Assembly: GCA_904063045.1 (NCBI GenBank)
Contig: CAJFCJ010000012.1
Location: forward strand, 2,496,498-2,560,497
Direction: 5' to 3'
From: Dimorphilus gyrociliatus
Lineage: Eukaryota; Animalia; Annelida
Length of the DNA: 64,000 nt
Part shown: positions 25,823 through 39,435 of the stretch, one piece after another
Layout: each line of letters begins with the position of its first letter
Position numbering within the stretch: the stretch's first letter is position 1
Position numbers and translations under genes: made by a program
Notes under the pieces: model-generated
Seen by the model: only the letters and a program-made list of their open reading frames with translations
Database searches by the model: none
What the model was told of the DNA's origin: nothing

Positions 25823-28800
25823 ATTTTAATTACTTCAACGAAGATGCAACATTTGCCGATGGGTTAGTATAAATTTCTTCTGTTCTATTGTACAATCTAC
25901 TTAACTTGTTCTATAGATATTCAAGTCAAAATGATGACACTTCTGGTTCTGTTATCAGTAAAGACATCTTACTTTCCTACGCTACGTAAGTTCTGTTATA
26001 ACTCTTTTATGTCAATGTCTCAAATTTTCTTTTATTCAGTGACATGCCTCTTACTTTTTTTGGTTTGAACAATTCCACAAGCAATCGTTTTAACAGTACG
26101 TAATTTAGCTATGGGAAATATATCACTGACAAATTAACTTTTTTTCCAGAAACTTCTTCGGACACCGAAAATATTGATGCAAATGCACAGGGACTTAATA
26201 CTATCACATCATTTACGGATTCTAACGATAGTCTGGATGTTGTTCCTTTATTTGACGTTGGAACTTCTCAAAATGGTTAAAGATAAATACATTGCTAATT
26301 TAATGTAAAGTAAATACTTTATTTTTTCTTTAACCGTAGTTGAACATATCAATTCTTCTATAACCGGCATTGATTCCTCGTTAGACGAAACTGTTTCGAA
26401 TGAAAGGTAATAAAGAGAATTTCAAATTAATGTTCTAAATATTCCAATATAATTTTCATCAGCTGTATTGATTGGTGTTTTAATGGAGTTACGAGGTAAT
26501 GAAATTCGGTTATGACATTTTAGGTTCGGTAAATAAATTGATGTTTTTTACTGTTCTCTGTAGCATTCTCGGCTCTGACAATCTACAAGACGAGTTCGAC
26601 TTGGGTTCAACTCCCAGAAATATTGAGCAAGATAATTTCGGGATTGACGGTAAGATTGTAAGTTGATAATATCGAAATTTCTTAACAACTTTTGTTTTTC
26701 ATTTCAGACAATGTTCTACAAACGCCTTGGGAAGAAAGGTTTCAAACATAAATTCTATCTTTAATTAATCGACTTGTGTAAACTAATATGTAATTTTTAT
26801 ATCAGTACTACGGAATCTTTCAACTTTTCCACGAAAGATGTTAATGAAAATATTTTAGATGGAGAGGTACCATCATATCCAAACATGTCGCACAGTTTGT
26901 TTTTTTTATTCTATTCTTTCTTACATGGAAATATTTTTGATTGCAATTGTAATTTTCTGTTTGTTAATTTTTTTAGATACTACTTCTACACATATACATC
27001 TTTTGACCCATGAAAAGTATTACCATAAAACATTAAGAAGCTTTTAAGAATTCTTAACATTTTAATGCAACGTGTTATTCTTTTTTCAGAATGGATAGCT
27101 CAAATGATATTAATTATCATAACGAGACAACTCAACACCGTAAAGGTAATTAGCTAAGTTCTTGCTTGTTTTAATTCGATAAAAATGTATGTGTAACGAT
27201 AAGTATGTTTGAAAATCGAAATTTTTTTAGATATGTTTTTCTACAAGGTAAGTAAAAGACAACGTGACTGTTCACAGTTTCCGCAAAATAGTTTTTTCAA
27301 AAGTTAAAATAGAATTTAGCATTTCATCTTAAACATCTTATTAGACCATTGCGTTTTTAGTGCTTTTATCGTTAGATAGTCCTATAATCTTATAGAACAT
27401 TTAAAATGGATTTCAATAATTTTACATGGATAACATTGCTTTAATCTTCCACACTATGAAGGCTTAAATTTTTCTAGGAAAAAGTTTCCAATTTGATGTC
27501 CAAGAAGAGTAAAATCCTTCTATCACAGTATAAAGATAATTTTATCACATAAACTAATTACTAATTAAACTAAAGGCTGTCTTTATCCACCGATTTCCTT
27601 TCTTAAATAAGTGGTAAATTTTAGCTATTTTTTTTAATTGACTATTTTTGAAACTATCGTTTATTTCTTTTGGAAAAAATCATGAAAAAGTTTAACAATG
27701 TGTTTTTTCAGAAACGATTGCTCGAGATGTAACCTTAGACGATTTTATGAACGAACATCTTAATGACATAGTTGTAGGGAGTCCGCTAAAGTTTAACATT
27801 AATCAAATGGCTCCTTCAGTAAGAATATATTATATTTCTGTTGAGATTACTAGCTACTACTCTATATTCGCTTTAATTCTTTTCCTTTATCAGTTAGGGT
27901 TAAAAATAATAAGAAAGCTTGATTTTATCATTAAAGAAAACGGACTTGTCATTGACAACTACTTCCCTCGTAAAAGCATGGCTCGAGTTAAAACTGGTAT
28001 TTATAAATAAATAGCTTTATATCTTATCATTTATTTGTGCTTCTCAATAAATTTTAGAACCGAAGAGTTTAACATCAATTAAACAAATTACGGTAATCAG
28101 TTGTCTTATTACTTAATTGTATAAATTTTTATGACTTTTTTTTAGATAAATGAGGAATCCAATGAAAGACAAGTAGGGAACCGAAGGAAAAAACCATTAG
28201 TAAATTGTAAATTGACTAAGACTATTCAGAATGGTATATTCATTTATGAAAATAATATTGTTTTATTTTTATAAAAATATATATATCTATGTCTATTTAT
28301 TTTTCATTGACTTTTATTCTTATTTAAGTAGATGGACTAACCGAAGTAACTGAAAAACAAATTTTCAAATGGCCAGAATGTAGTAGACAAAACAAAAAGT
28401 AAAGCATATCTTATACTGGGAACTGACAATTCCAAGAAATTTTCGTTGTTATTTCAGGCATGATTCTTCTAAAAAGATTTTAAAAGGAAATGACAAACGC
28501 TATTGGAAAAATGGATTTATGCTCTTTGCCAGCAAATATAGAAAGCCATATTCAATGTAAAAACATAATTGGTTTTAAAAAAAATGTTAAAATATATTCC
28601 TTTCTATTTAGTGCCATGCGGTCTGGTGCTCTACCGAAAACAAAGAACGTCATGAGTGCGCTCTCAAGATTGTGGACATCTATGCCTTCTTCTAAGAAAA
28701 TAGAATATAATGCTGTAGCAAGACGAGAAAATGAAATAACTCCGGAAAAATTATATCATGTAGTCGAGAGTATATCACCATTAAAGTCACCCGTTTACGA

Positions 28801-29797
28801 AGGTTTAAAAATTCCGAATGCTAAACTAATTGATGCAGAATCTGAGCAAATTGTACCTCAAATGGGCCTTGCTGAAGAAGATGACAAATACCAGACGAGT
28901 AAATTTCCTGCCAAAAATACACTACAAGGATATGATAAATTAGAAGATTCAGACAATTTGGAACTGTCCGATGAAATTGTTGGACGAATAAGTAATATTC
29001 TTGAAAATTCAGTTGACGGTGCTGACTTTCTTGAAATGTTGGACACTACACCGAAGAAAGTTGAATATATTCCAGAGGACGTTCAAAGCAAATTTAAAAG
29101 TAAGGACAATTATAAAAGAAAACAAGCCAGAAAATGTTTAAATTTCGATGATCTGATTGTAAGTCGACCTAATGCGATAACCTTGCCACGGGATGAATTT
29201 TTGGAATCTTATATTCCTCCTGAAGATCATATTATTCCCGACTCATATGACTATGACGAAGGTGTTGAGAGATGGAATTGTGACGAAATTTGCAACGTAA
29301 ACGAAGAACTGCTGGATAGTACGAAGAGACCAAAGCTCGTAAGAGTAATAAAAATTTTTTGTTTTTTTTTTAACATCTTTTGCTTGCTACAGAGTATAAA
29401 AAGTGGTTTTGAAGTCACGACTACAGGATTTCCTAATCAACCAGTTCGTGTGGTGAAGACTCCAAATGTGGTGGTAAAAAAATCCAATCCTCTAAAACGT
29501 CCTTTATCCAGTGCAAATGAAGAAATTGACGCTTTTGAGCAAGTAAAGAAATTTAAAACCTCTGAGGAAGAGGCGAATGAGATTCAATGGAAATTATTGG
29601 AAACTCAAGAGATTACTACTGATACTGAAAATGATAGTGGAAAGAAAATCGAAACTTCTAACGCAGAGAATATGAATCCAAAAATAAAAATTGGATTGGA
29701 GATAGAAGGCGACGGAATAATTCCATTATTACAAGTTACCAATTATTCTAATGCGGATCGCCAATCTACATTGGATGGTAGCTGGTTAAAGCAATGA
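25823..29797 (+). CDS. Multi-exon HMG-box protein with low-complexity acidic/Ser-rich regions; the HMG box resembles MEIOSIN/BHMG1; 5' end not resolved (may begin about 24220)
   Basis: A chain of more than 12 small GT-AG-bounded exons runs from 25823 to 28400. Joining exon 28458-28556 to 28612 onward (55-nt intron) gives KRYWKNGFMLFASKYRKPYSIAMRSGALPKTKNVMSALSRLWTSMPSSKKIEYNAVARRE, an HMG box. A further 54-nt intron lies at 29339-29392. Confidence 0.65.
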
Positions 29798-30524
29798 AGT
29801 ATTTTTGTCCAAGTCCAAAGAGGGGATCTTTTTGACATTTAATCCCTCGAGTTATTTTAATATAATTTGGACTCTTTACGATGCAGACTAAGTTTATTGC
29901 TCTTAAACTTCAATTGTCGTTTATTTAACATAGAGGCGAACTTCTCCTCTACATCTCGTTATGTTATTTATGTAATAGCTAATCACTTTTTATAGCTTAC
30001 GTTCCTTTCTGATATTTTGTTGAATTTTTTAGTTGTCTATTTCAAATTGTACGAAATAAGGATTAGAAAAATTCAAAGAATGACGACTATGGAACTTTCA
30101 TACAATCAATTTGTTCGGTTAAGATATTTTTTGTTATCGATAAAAAAGCAAATGCTAATTTATTCCGTTATTTTAAACCTGCTTAAGTTTATTTATTATA
30201 GTGTGCAACATGAACTTGTTTGTTTTTTTTTTTAGTTTTAAAACTAAAAATGGATAGCAACTATCTTTGTTATCGGTATTGTTGCCTATTTATTACGTAC
30301 AAAATATTGTGACGTATTGCGCTTGTTATTATTATATCTGTTAGCATTGAAAGGAGAGCTTTTGAGTAAAGAAACTACGTATTTATTTGAATATACATAT
30401 AACTTTATTTATTATAAAGGCAATGCTTCTTTTTGAATTTTAGATTTATTTTGAAAACTTTATTCCTATTATTAATTGGAAGATTCTTTTTTTAAGCAGC
30501 TATATATATACTTAGATATTGCGA

Positions 30525-33290
30525 TTATCTTTTCTTCTTTCTGTCGTTCTGTTAAAAAAAGAACATAGAAGGTATTTTGCATTTACGAAAAAGCAAAAGG
30601 AATTTGATTAATTACCTTTGGAGAATTGGTAATGGCTTCTAGTTCTCCTATATACTCTGTTTGTTTAGCTAACTTATCGTTCATATTTGCCAAATGTTCA
30701 CTCATTGTAGCTAGCTGATCTTCGTAGCTTTTGGTAATAGTTTCCAGTTCATCCTAAGTTAGGAAAAGATTTTTATATAGAATAACAACAGTGAATTAAG
30801 AAATCTTCCTTTCACCTTTAGTCTGGAAACATTCTTTTTTGCTAAATCAACCTCCTTTTCCAAACTTTGTCGAACTTCTTCGCTATATTTAAATCTTCGG
30901 TGAGCAGATTTACACTCGGAAACGAGATCTAAGCATTTACTTTCTGTATATTGTAAATCTACAGTGAGCTTGTTAACCCTCTGCATAAAATGATTTTTTA
31001 TCATATTTTCTCTGACCAAGTCAACAATATCATCTTTTTCTTGAACGTTTGGTGATAGAACATTATCAGAAATAGTTCCACTAGCAAGTTTTCTGTTGTC
31101 TTCTGCCAAATTCTTATTCTTTTTTATTATTTTATCAAGTTTTCCGTTAACTAGTTGATTATCAAGCATTAACTGTCCTTTTTCTTGTTCCAATTTGAGA
31201 CATTTAACGCTAAGATCTTTTACTTGTTCGGCCAATCCTTCCTTAGTTTCTGCCGAACTCTTTAAGATCTTCTCATCTTTAATGGCTTTTTCGTAAGGAA
31301 CGCTATCATGTTTGAGTAGGCTATTTATACTCTTTAAATAGCCGCTCGTTTGCGTCCTGAACACAGTACTATACGGATGCGTTTTATGACTGTCAACTAT
31401 CAAATCTTCGAAAGCTTCATTGTTAGCTTTACAGAATGTGGCCAATTTGCTTATTACAGTTATTAAGGAATGAAGCGATTTCAGTATACATTCATTCGTG
31501 TCCCTTAGCTGACTAGGAATTGTTGGTAGTTGCTGTTCTAGAATTATTTTGTTCTTAAACGTTGCAGATAGATCGTTTAACGAAGTTTGCATGCAATCAA
31601 CTGACAGTAGTACTTCTCGTATAACACGAGATTCTTTTACGTCGATAAGAATGCTTAAATAATTGGACAATTTTTGAAAAGATGCCTGCAATGAATCGAA
31701 GCAGCTTTGTAGTTCATTATTCTTTTGACTAAGCGATGTTGTACAAAAAGAAAGAATATTCTCTTCGTCCAAGCTCAATTTTAGATATGGAACCAAAACC
31801 TTTATATACGAACATAGTTCCACGAGTTTATGAATAAATTCCATTGAATACCCGTTGCTTTCACCTTCGAATTCTCCGAATGATTTAGCAACAGCTTTTG
31901 TATATGTTCCATTTTTATGTAATAACTCGCATAGTCTCATTCGAACACCTCCGTTATTGAGATAGCAATCACATCTCTGCTCTAGATAAGTTAGAAAATT
32001 AGAAAAAGCTAGGCAGAAATCCTTTATGTGCTTTGATGACTGATTGATTAATTCAGAAGTTCGTAATTGAGATTTTCGGTAAAAAGGTTGTAGGTCAAGA
32101 GAAGTGTAGAAGTTATTCTTGCGATTGTTGAAGAGCACGTTATTGTTAATAAGATTCTCAGCTAATTTTAATTTCGTTCCAAGGTCCTGACTGATGCTTT
32201 CTCTTAAAGTTAATCTAAAAAAAGGTATACGTATTGTTAGTTATATTGAATGTATTTTTTTCAATTGTAAATAATATGAAATCCTACTCTCTTTGACCGG
32301 AACTAATAGCTTTGTGTAATTCTTTCGTCTGCTTCTGTAACTGGATCTATATAATAAAAAAGAATAGAGAATAATTAATACTTAAAGGAGGAGAGATGCG
32401 ATGGATGGGATGGAGAGAGAGAGAGAGAGAAAAGATAAAGAAAGGAAAAGAAAAAAAGAAAAAGATATATTACTTCTAATCTCAATTTTTTTTCAGTTAA
32501 AACTTCCATTTCTTCTTTATGCTTTGTTTGTATTGTTTTTATCTTATCATCGCATTGCTCTGAGGTTCTTTTATATTGTTCTAAGTCGACCCTTAAAGTC
32601 TCTAGTTCGTTGTTATATTTCTCTCTAGCTTCGTTGAGCTAAAAAGGGATAGGAATAACTTAATAATCATGAAAAAAAGGAAGAGAGGGAAGAGAAGCAG
32701 AAGCAGAAGAAATAGAGGGTTAATTCTTTACCTTTTTATGTAATGCTGCATTTTCGCTAATTTTTTGCTTTAATTCTTCGTCAAAAACGTCGCGACTATC
32801 GTTCAACGATTGCAAAGAACCAGAATTTGATAGATTTAATTTCCTATTCTTTTTCTTAAAACTTTGTTCTACTGACGTCAATTCATTTTGAAGAAATTCT
32901 ACTCTAGCCGACAGTTGTTCATTCCTAAATGTTGTACTTTCTAATTCTTGTTCAAGTCGCCTTATTGACGAATCTTTCTCTCTTATTTCCTCCTTTAGTG
33001 GAAAGTCAGTAAAAGTATTAATGGAAAGGAAATTCCATTGAAATATTTATCATTATACAAACTTTAAGGTTTTTTTCAGTTATCTGTAAATCTTTCACAG
33101 CTTCTTTTAGAACTGGTAGTTGAGCTTTTAACTGTTGAAAACAATATAAGCGTGTAATTTTTTAATCAACGAGAAGATAAACAAGAGAAAATTAATTTTT
33201 TTTTATATAAATCATGCTCTAAAAAATAAATTAAATTCGTACTTTTGAATACTCTGTGGCTAATTTTTGATATTTTTGTAATTCCACCAT
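30525..33290 (-). CDS. PPP1R21: Protein phosphatase 1 regulatory subunit 21 (KLRAQ-motif coiled-coil protein, FERRY complex)
   Basis: Exons 1 and 2 give MVELQKYQKLATEYSK|LKAQLPVLKEAV (KLRAQ motif). The penultimate exon DELETITKSYEDQLATMSEHLANMNDKLAKQ matches the conserved C-terminal motif. The last exon is NDRKKKR-stop at 30527-30525. Confidence 0.92.
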
Positions 33291-33344
33291 TGTCAACAGC
33301 TATAGCTGATATTTTTCCCTAATTTTTTTAAAAAAAATTACTCT

Positions 33345-33392
33345 TTACGGCCGATCACATCCCATCGTTTCCGTTTCCGGGTGTTTTTCCTT
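33345..33392. promoter_or_regulatory. GC-richer promoter patch with tandem ETS-like TTCCG(G) sites upstream of PPP1R21
   Basis: gtttccgtttccgggtg lies about 80 nt 5' of the PPP1R21 ATG in otherwise very AT-rich DNA. Confidence 0.35.
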
Positions 33393-34569
33393 CTTTTTTT
33401 AGTAGAATTTTTCTATATATTAGTACAAAATATATACTTAAAGATATATTTTATAATATCTATATTAATTTTATACATAAATATTTATGCAGAGTAAGTA
33501 AAACACGTTTAACAATTAAGAAAAGATAATTTTTTAAAAATATTCGAAAATAACACAAGTGTAGTTTTTATTTAATTTTGTTCCTTTTATCGCTCAATCA
33601 GAATGCTCGGCAGATTTTTCCCATTAAAAAATACAAATCAGCTCAAAACTATAAATTCGGCAAGATGCTTTGGTTCTATAAAGAAGACAAGTAAAAAGGC
33701 AAAGGTAAGTCATGAATTATTATTACTTGTTAAGATAGTTATTAGAGTCGGCCGTAGGATAAACCATGTGTTTGTGGTTTTTCTGCTATAAAGCATATTT
33801 TAGGTAGTTTGCCGATGGTAGCATTATTATTTAAAAAAACCATCAACATATTGCCATGGTATAGTTGATATGACAATGAAATATGATTCATATAATACAT
33901 TTTCTATTCTTGGAAAGCACATATATAGAATATACAGAATACAGTATTATATGAAATCTTATATTATATTATATATAATATAATAGAAAGACTAATTAAA
34001 TCAATATTGTTTTTAACTTTTTATTCTTCTTTTCTTTTATTAAAATTTTTTTTTGTCTATTTATTTTACTATTTAAAAATGTCTGATATCCAGATTTCTA
34101 CATTGTAAATACCAACGGAACACCTTATTAATTATACAGTATTTATGTGTTTCGTTTAATAATCGATCAATTAGTCAAATGATTAATTTAATTGAAATTA
34201 TTAGTATTATTATTATTATTATTTGTTTTATTTCTTTTGTCGTTTGTTTGAACTATCATACTATTATTATTTATACATGAACAAGTTAACAAAGTAAGGA
34301 AAGAGGGGAGTAAATGGAGAGAGATTTATTGAATTTTACTTATGGTTATTATTAATAATAGTAAAATAACAACTGTTTTTCTTTTTTTTCTTGGAAATAA
34401 GGCTATAGAAAAAAGAGAGAAGCTGTTTTTCATTTTCGTTGTCCATAACTAATTTATTCATAGTTTCTTCCTTTCAATCTCCTAATTTTCGCCAACTCTT
34501 TCTCCTTCCTCTCCAAAAGAAACATACTGATAACATTATATTTATAATACGGTTAATAGCTTCTTGATT

Positions 34570-37500
34570 TTATTCAAGTAACGGATCCGTATTGGACGAT
34601 GTTGATCTTACGAAAGTTTCTTCCCTACTAAATCCATCGCTAACAACTGCCTGTTAATATTAAAAAAAAAAAACAAATCAAAGAGAGGTAATTAATAAAT
34701 TACCATTCAAGTCATTCAATTAACCTCTCGAGGAGTTCTCGCATCTTTCCTTTCGTAGTATTTAACAATTTCGAGCACTATCAGAGGTGGAAGAGTGATA
34801 GGAAAGCTTATTAAAACGGAGCATCCAGCAACGAGTACAGAAGCAATAATTGCAGGTGCTACTATTATTCCAGCTCCTTAAATATGACCAAAAAAAGACG
34901 AAAAATGGAAAAAGAAACAATTAGAAATAATGAAAAAATTCAGAATAGAAAAATTAAATTAGTTTGATGAAATTTACCAAAAGCGAATCCCCTGATGATT
35001 TTTCTCTTAATTGGATTGTTGGGAAGGAATTTCATTGGGCAGCCGAACGGATTGTACCATTTGAAGTGTAATTCGCTGTGCCTAGTTTTCCCAATGAAGA
35101 AAGTAATACACAATAAAAAAATTAGATGATAATCATAACGAAACCAATAAATTAATTTCTATTTTAGAAAAATAAACAATGACAATAATAATATTATTTA
35201 TAATTATAATAATTATGTAATTATCTTAATGATGCTAGAATAGGTCTAGACTAATAGATTATTGAGGATGTAAGAGCAAGAAAACTATCTTCTTCTTCTG
35301 CATCGAAAAGCTTCCTTTTTGTGTCTGCATTTTGTGTCTATTCTTTCTATATTTTAAGCCTCAATTAATTTATTCAAAGCTTAATATCATATTGAAGAAG
35401 AATAACAACAAGGGGAAGTTAATTTTTTTTTCTTGTTTCCTTTATAAAAAGTGCGTTTATTAATTTTGTAGGAAATAATTACTTCGAAATATTTACAAGA
35501 CTTTATAAACGAGAGACAAGAAAAATAAATCATAGAATATATATAATAAAACGGTTTAAAGGGTTCTTTATATTGGATGATATATGATGTAGAATTAATC
35601 GTAAATTGGAAATAGATAACAAAGATAATTAATAATTCTAGTAAAAAAAAACAGAATACAGAAAAGGAAGAAAGAGTGATTGCTTTAAATATTCTTACAG
35701 CTGTCTATTACAGAGGTTAGACGCTTTAAAATGATGCTAAATATAATTTTGTACATCTATAAATATAACCTGTGTATAGATATATAGTAAGTTATTTTTT
35801 CTTAAATCGGGATCAGGGACACGGTATGATAAATAGGAGTAAATCAATGAGCTGCAAAATTATTAGAGCTAATGACTTGTGCTTTATTCTGAGGCCGAGA
35901 GAGAGAGAGGGAGAGAGAAAAGGGTCTTACAACACTTAGTTATTTGAGAAAACAAAATATTGCGTGTACGCCTTTTGCTTCCTGTTTATATTCTTTATCT
36001 AGCCTAATTAGATTCTTTGAAAATTCCGGCGTCAGCTATATTCTCTTTAAGGCTAATAGGGAAAGGATAGAAATATGGAATAACGCTTAGAAAATGAGAA
36101 AGTTGACTTTTTCTTCAATATTTTACGAGCGATTACTTATTCTATGGCTTTGTTTTCGCTGAGCTGGCTAGATTTTTTCTTAAGATTAATTGCCCTCTCC
36201 CGTCGCCTCCATCCCCTCTATATGTATCATAGGTTTGAAGAGTCAGAGTTCTCTGATTAAACTCCTTTTTTTGGTTGATAACATTACAGGGATTTTGTAG
36301 GATTAAATGAAAGAATAGAACATTCCTTGTCGGAATTTGAAAGTAAATTACTCTTTAAAAGTCAGTAAACATCAATTAAACTGAAAAAGTAAAGGTAGGG
36401 AGGAAGGCGGTATTAGAACAGCTGCGATCTATAAAAATGTTTTACTCTCTGTTTAAAAGGTGGACGGCCAACAAACGCGTTCATTTCTCGTGGGTCTATT
36501 GCCTAGGAATTCATTTAGTCAATTGAATAAAAATAAAAGGAGAGAAAAGGAAAAAAAGAAATTGAAATAGTCCTAAATCACTTATTAGTCACGTGAAACA
36601 TTTTTACATTTTAAGTCGATGAAAACTTACAAAAGGACTCCATCTCCGCAGAAGTAACAAAATCTTGTTTTACATTGCCTACACTTCATGAAAGGACATC
36701 CGGATGATCTTTCTATGTAAATGTGACAGCCAGGACATTTTCGGGCATTAATTTGCTTTGAATTGATCGTCCTTGCCCAATTCTGAAGAAGGAGCTCGCC
36801 GCTCCTATCGCAAGGCTCATTTAAATGAGGTGGTTTCGAGCAGAAGAAGCAAAATCGATTTTTGCATACCTTGCATTCAACCTATACAAAAATATATGTA
36901 AAACAAAAATCATCAACTAAAATAATTGAATAAAGAATGCAAGAAAATAAAAAAACAAATACTACTCTTAGTAATTCGTTTGATAAAAACTGCAAAAAAA
37001 ATTTTGTGCAGTAGACTTAATAAATTACCCATAATGACAGTCCAGTCTTTCCATATTAGGAACCAGGACAGTGAACTGATTTATGGACAATTTTTTCTAT
37101 TCTGTGCGTTTTTTTTCGTAAGTACCCTAAGTATATTTATTTTTTTCTTTCTCTTGATAGTTTGCAGACTATCGTTAGTAGATGTTGCAGCTATCGTGTA
37201 TACATATATATACATATATATATATAGCATACGTATTGTATATATGCTTAGTATTAAGATAAAACAAGGATCGTTTTAGGATCTCTTAAGTATAAAGATG
37301 CAACAACAAACTTTCCTAATCCGATATAAATTTAGATAATCCTTTGAGTATATTCTGTTGTTAGACTCTTATATATAAAGCTTATGCCATATAGTTTGTA
37401 TATATTGTAAATTAAAATAAAATTCAAATAAGAAAGAAAGAAAGAGAGAGAGAGAGAGAACAGAAAAGAATGTACTGCAACTCTTTAACCTTTTTAACTT

Positions 37501-38304
37501 GGCTTAAAAGAAGAGAGAGAGAGAGAGAAGGAGGAAGATTTTTTTTTAACTTTTACAAGGAATTATTAAATATAGAATTCTCTCGCTTCTTCCTCTTTCC
37601 TACTTTTGATTTATTGGAAAAAAAATCTTAAAAGTATTCCTTATGGGCTTTTTTCTTTGCCTTCTTTCAACTGGGTATAGCATATATTAATATATATATG
37701 TATATATATATTCCCTACATACAGCATTTTAAAATATGCACTAAATACGTTTGCTATCTGGTGGAAAAACGTGGATGATTTTCCGATTCAATAACTGATT
37801 CAATTGTCATCTAGTACTAGGTAGATTTTACCGATTGATAGACAGATGGTTAAATTAAGAAATAAAGAAATATCTTAATTCCTTTATTTCTACTGTTAAA
37901 TTCAATAAAAAAGAAATGAAAAACTTTAAGGGGAAAAGCAAAGAACTTACCTCTATACCATTTGATTTCTTCTTTGCTGCTTTCCATTGTTTTTTTGTTA
38001 TTTTTACTATATTCTGACATTTAGGGCAAAAGTTCTTAAACTTATCTGTTGAGACTCCAAAGTTCTCTAGTGTTTCACAAAACTTCTCATATCGTCTTCT
38101 ACTGATATGTAAAACATTTTCGGGTGTAAGCCTATAATTACAACCCGGACATTCGATTTTTATTACTCGTGATTCCAACTGTTCATCCAAATAGGTTTTT
38201 ATACAGTAGTCGCAAAACGATTGTGAGCATTTTGGACATTTGAATGCAGTTTCGAGGAGGGTCTCGTAGCAAATTTGACAAAAAGCAGCAAGCTTTCGAA
38301 CCAT
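34570..38304 (-). CDS. RNF217: RBR (RING1-IBR-RING2) E3 ubiquitin ligase with C-terminal transmembrane segment, RNF217-like; 5 exons
   Basis: RING1 CQICYE...CPKCSQSFCDYC...IECPGC. IBR and RING2 in the exon at about 36882-36631: CPGCHIYIERSSGCPFMKCRQCKTRFCYFCG. Then HFKWYNPFGCPMKFLPNNPIKRKIIRGFAFGAGIIVAP, resembling RNF217 (SIFGCKYRYLPERPHLRRLVRG..AGKLFIAP). Stop at 34572-34570. Confidence 0.8.
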
Positions 38305-39395
38305 CGCTAGCCGTCTATGAGCGTTTCTCTATTGATTTTACTAAGCGACACCTGGCGATGAGATTGCATAGATTTTATTTGTTGGCAGCTTGTTGTATAC
38401 CTTTCCTTCTTTCTCTTTAGCGTCTCTTCATAGATTAACTTGTAGGTATTATAAATTACAGGGCTTGAAGGCGAACAAATCGTATATTTTTCAATATGAA
38501 AGTGCTAATAGTCGTAAAATTGCTTTCCATTTAACGCCTCTTGAGTTTTTTAGGCGAAAAAAAAATCGGTTTTTGCTTATTTTACCATATTTAAAGTATC
38601 GAAACGGAATTTAAGTCGATAGTGCATTACGGAAATTCGCTGTCAGAATATATATTCATTGTAGCTATTTTTTTAAAGACCTTAACCTAAGAAAAACGAA
38701 CGGCTGAGATAAAGAAAGAAACGAATTAACAAATGAATGAAATTTGAACGTGCTAATTAAGTTCTACTAATTTATATTAGGCATAGATACAGATAGGTGG
38801 CTATGTAGCTGAAAATGGCCAAATTTAATATAAGCTCCAAGAGACCTTTTACCATTTGCTTTAAAACATTCAGTACCAGTGCTGCTTCCAATTTTTACAA
38901 TATAGGACTATTTTGACATAATATAATTAGATGGTTGATGAGAAATTGCAAATATATAAAAAACGATGCTGTCAAACTTAAGAAGTAAGGAGAAGAGTTA
39001 AAAGATAATGTAAAAACGGAGTAAAATTGACAGGAGTTAATAAATCATTAAGAATTATTTGAATAGAATCTGTTAAAGTGTTGATTTCCTCTCTTTATAT
39101 ATATATTAGTATATATATTAGTATATATATATATGTATTAGTATATAAATTTATACATATATACAGTATAAATGCTATATAGTACTTGGATCGAGAGACG
39201 AAGATGGTCAGAATATTCTATATTTAATATATAAATTGTTGCCTATTTCATGGTCCAAGGAACATCTCTTTTAAAAGGAAAAAAAGAAAAAAACTTATCT
39301 ATAATAATTATAGAGACATGTTATTTATAAAATTGGACTAGTTATTTATGTTGGAAGAGAAATAGCTTTATCAACATATTTTATATTCCAATATA

Positions 39396-39398
<3 letters not shown>

Positions 39399-39433
<35 letters not shown>
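39399..39433. repeat. (TA)n microsatellite
   Basis: About 17 TA units. Confidence 0.95.

Positions 39434-39435
<2 letters not shown>

Noticed and set aside
28490-28611. First 41 aa of the 435-aa ORF (MTNAIGKMDL...)
   Set aside because: Wrong frame plus intron; the true upstream exon (28458-28556) is in another frame.
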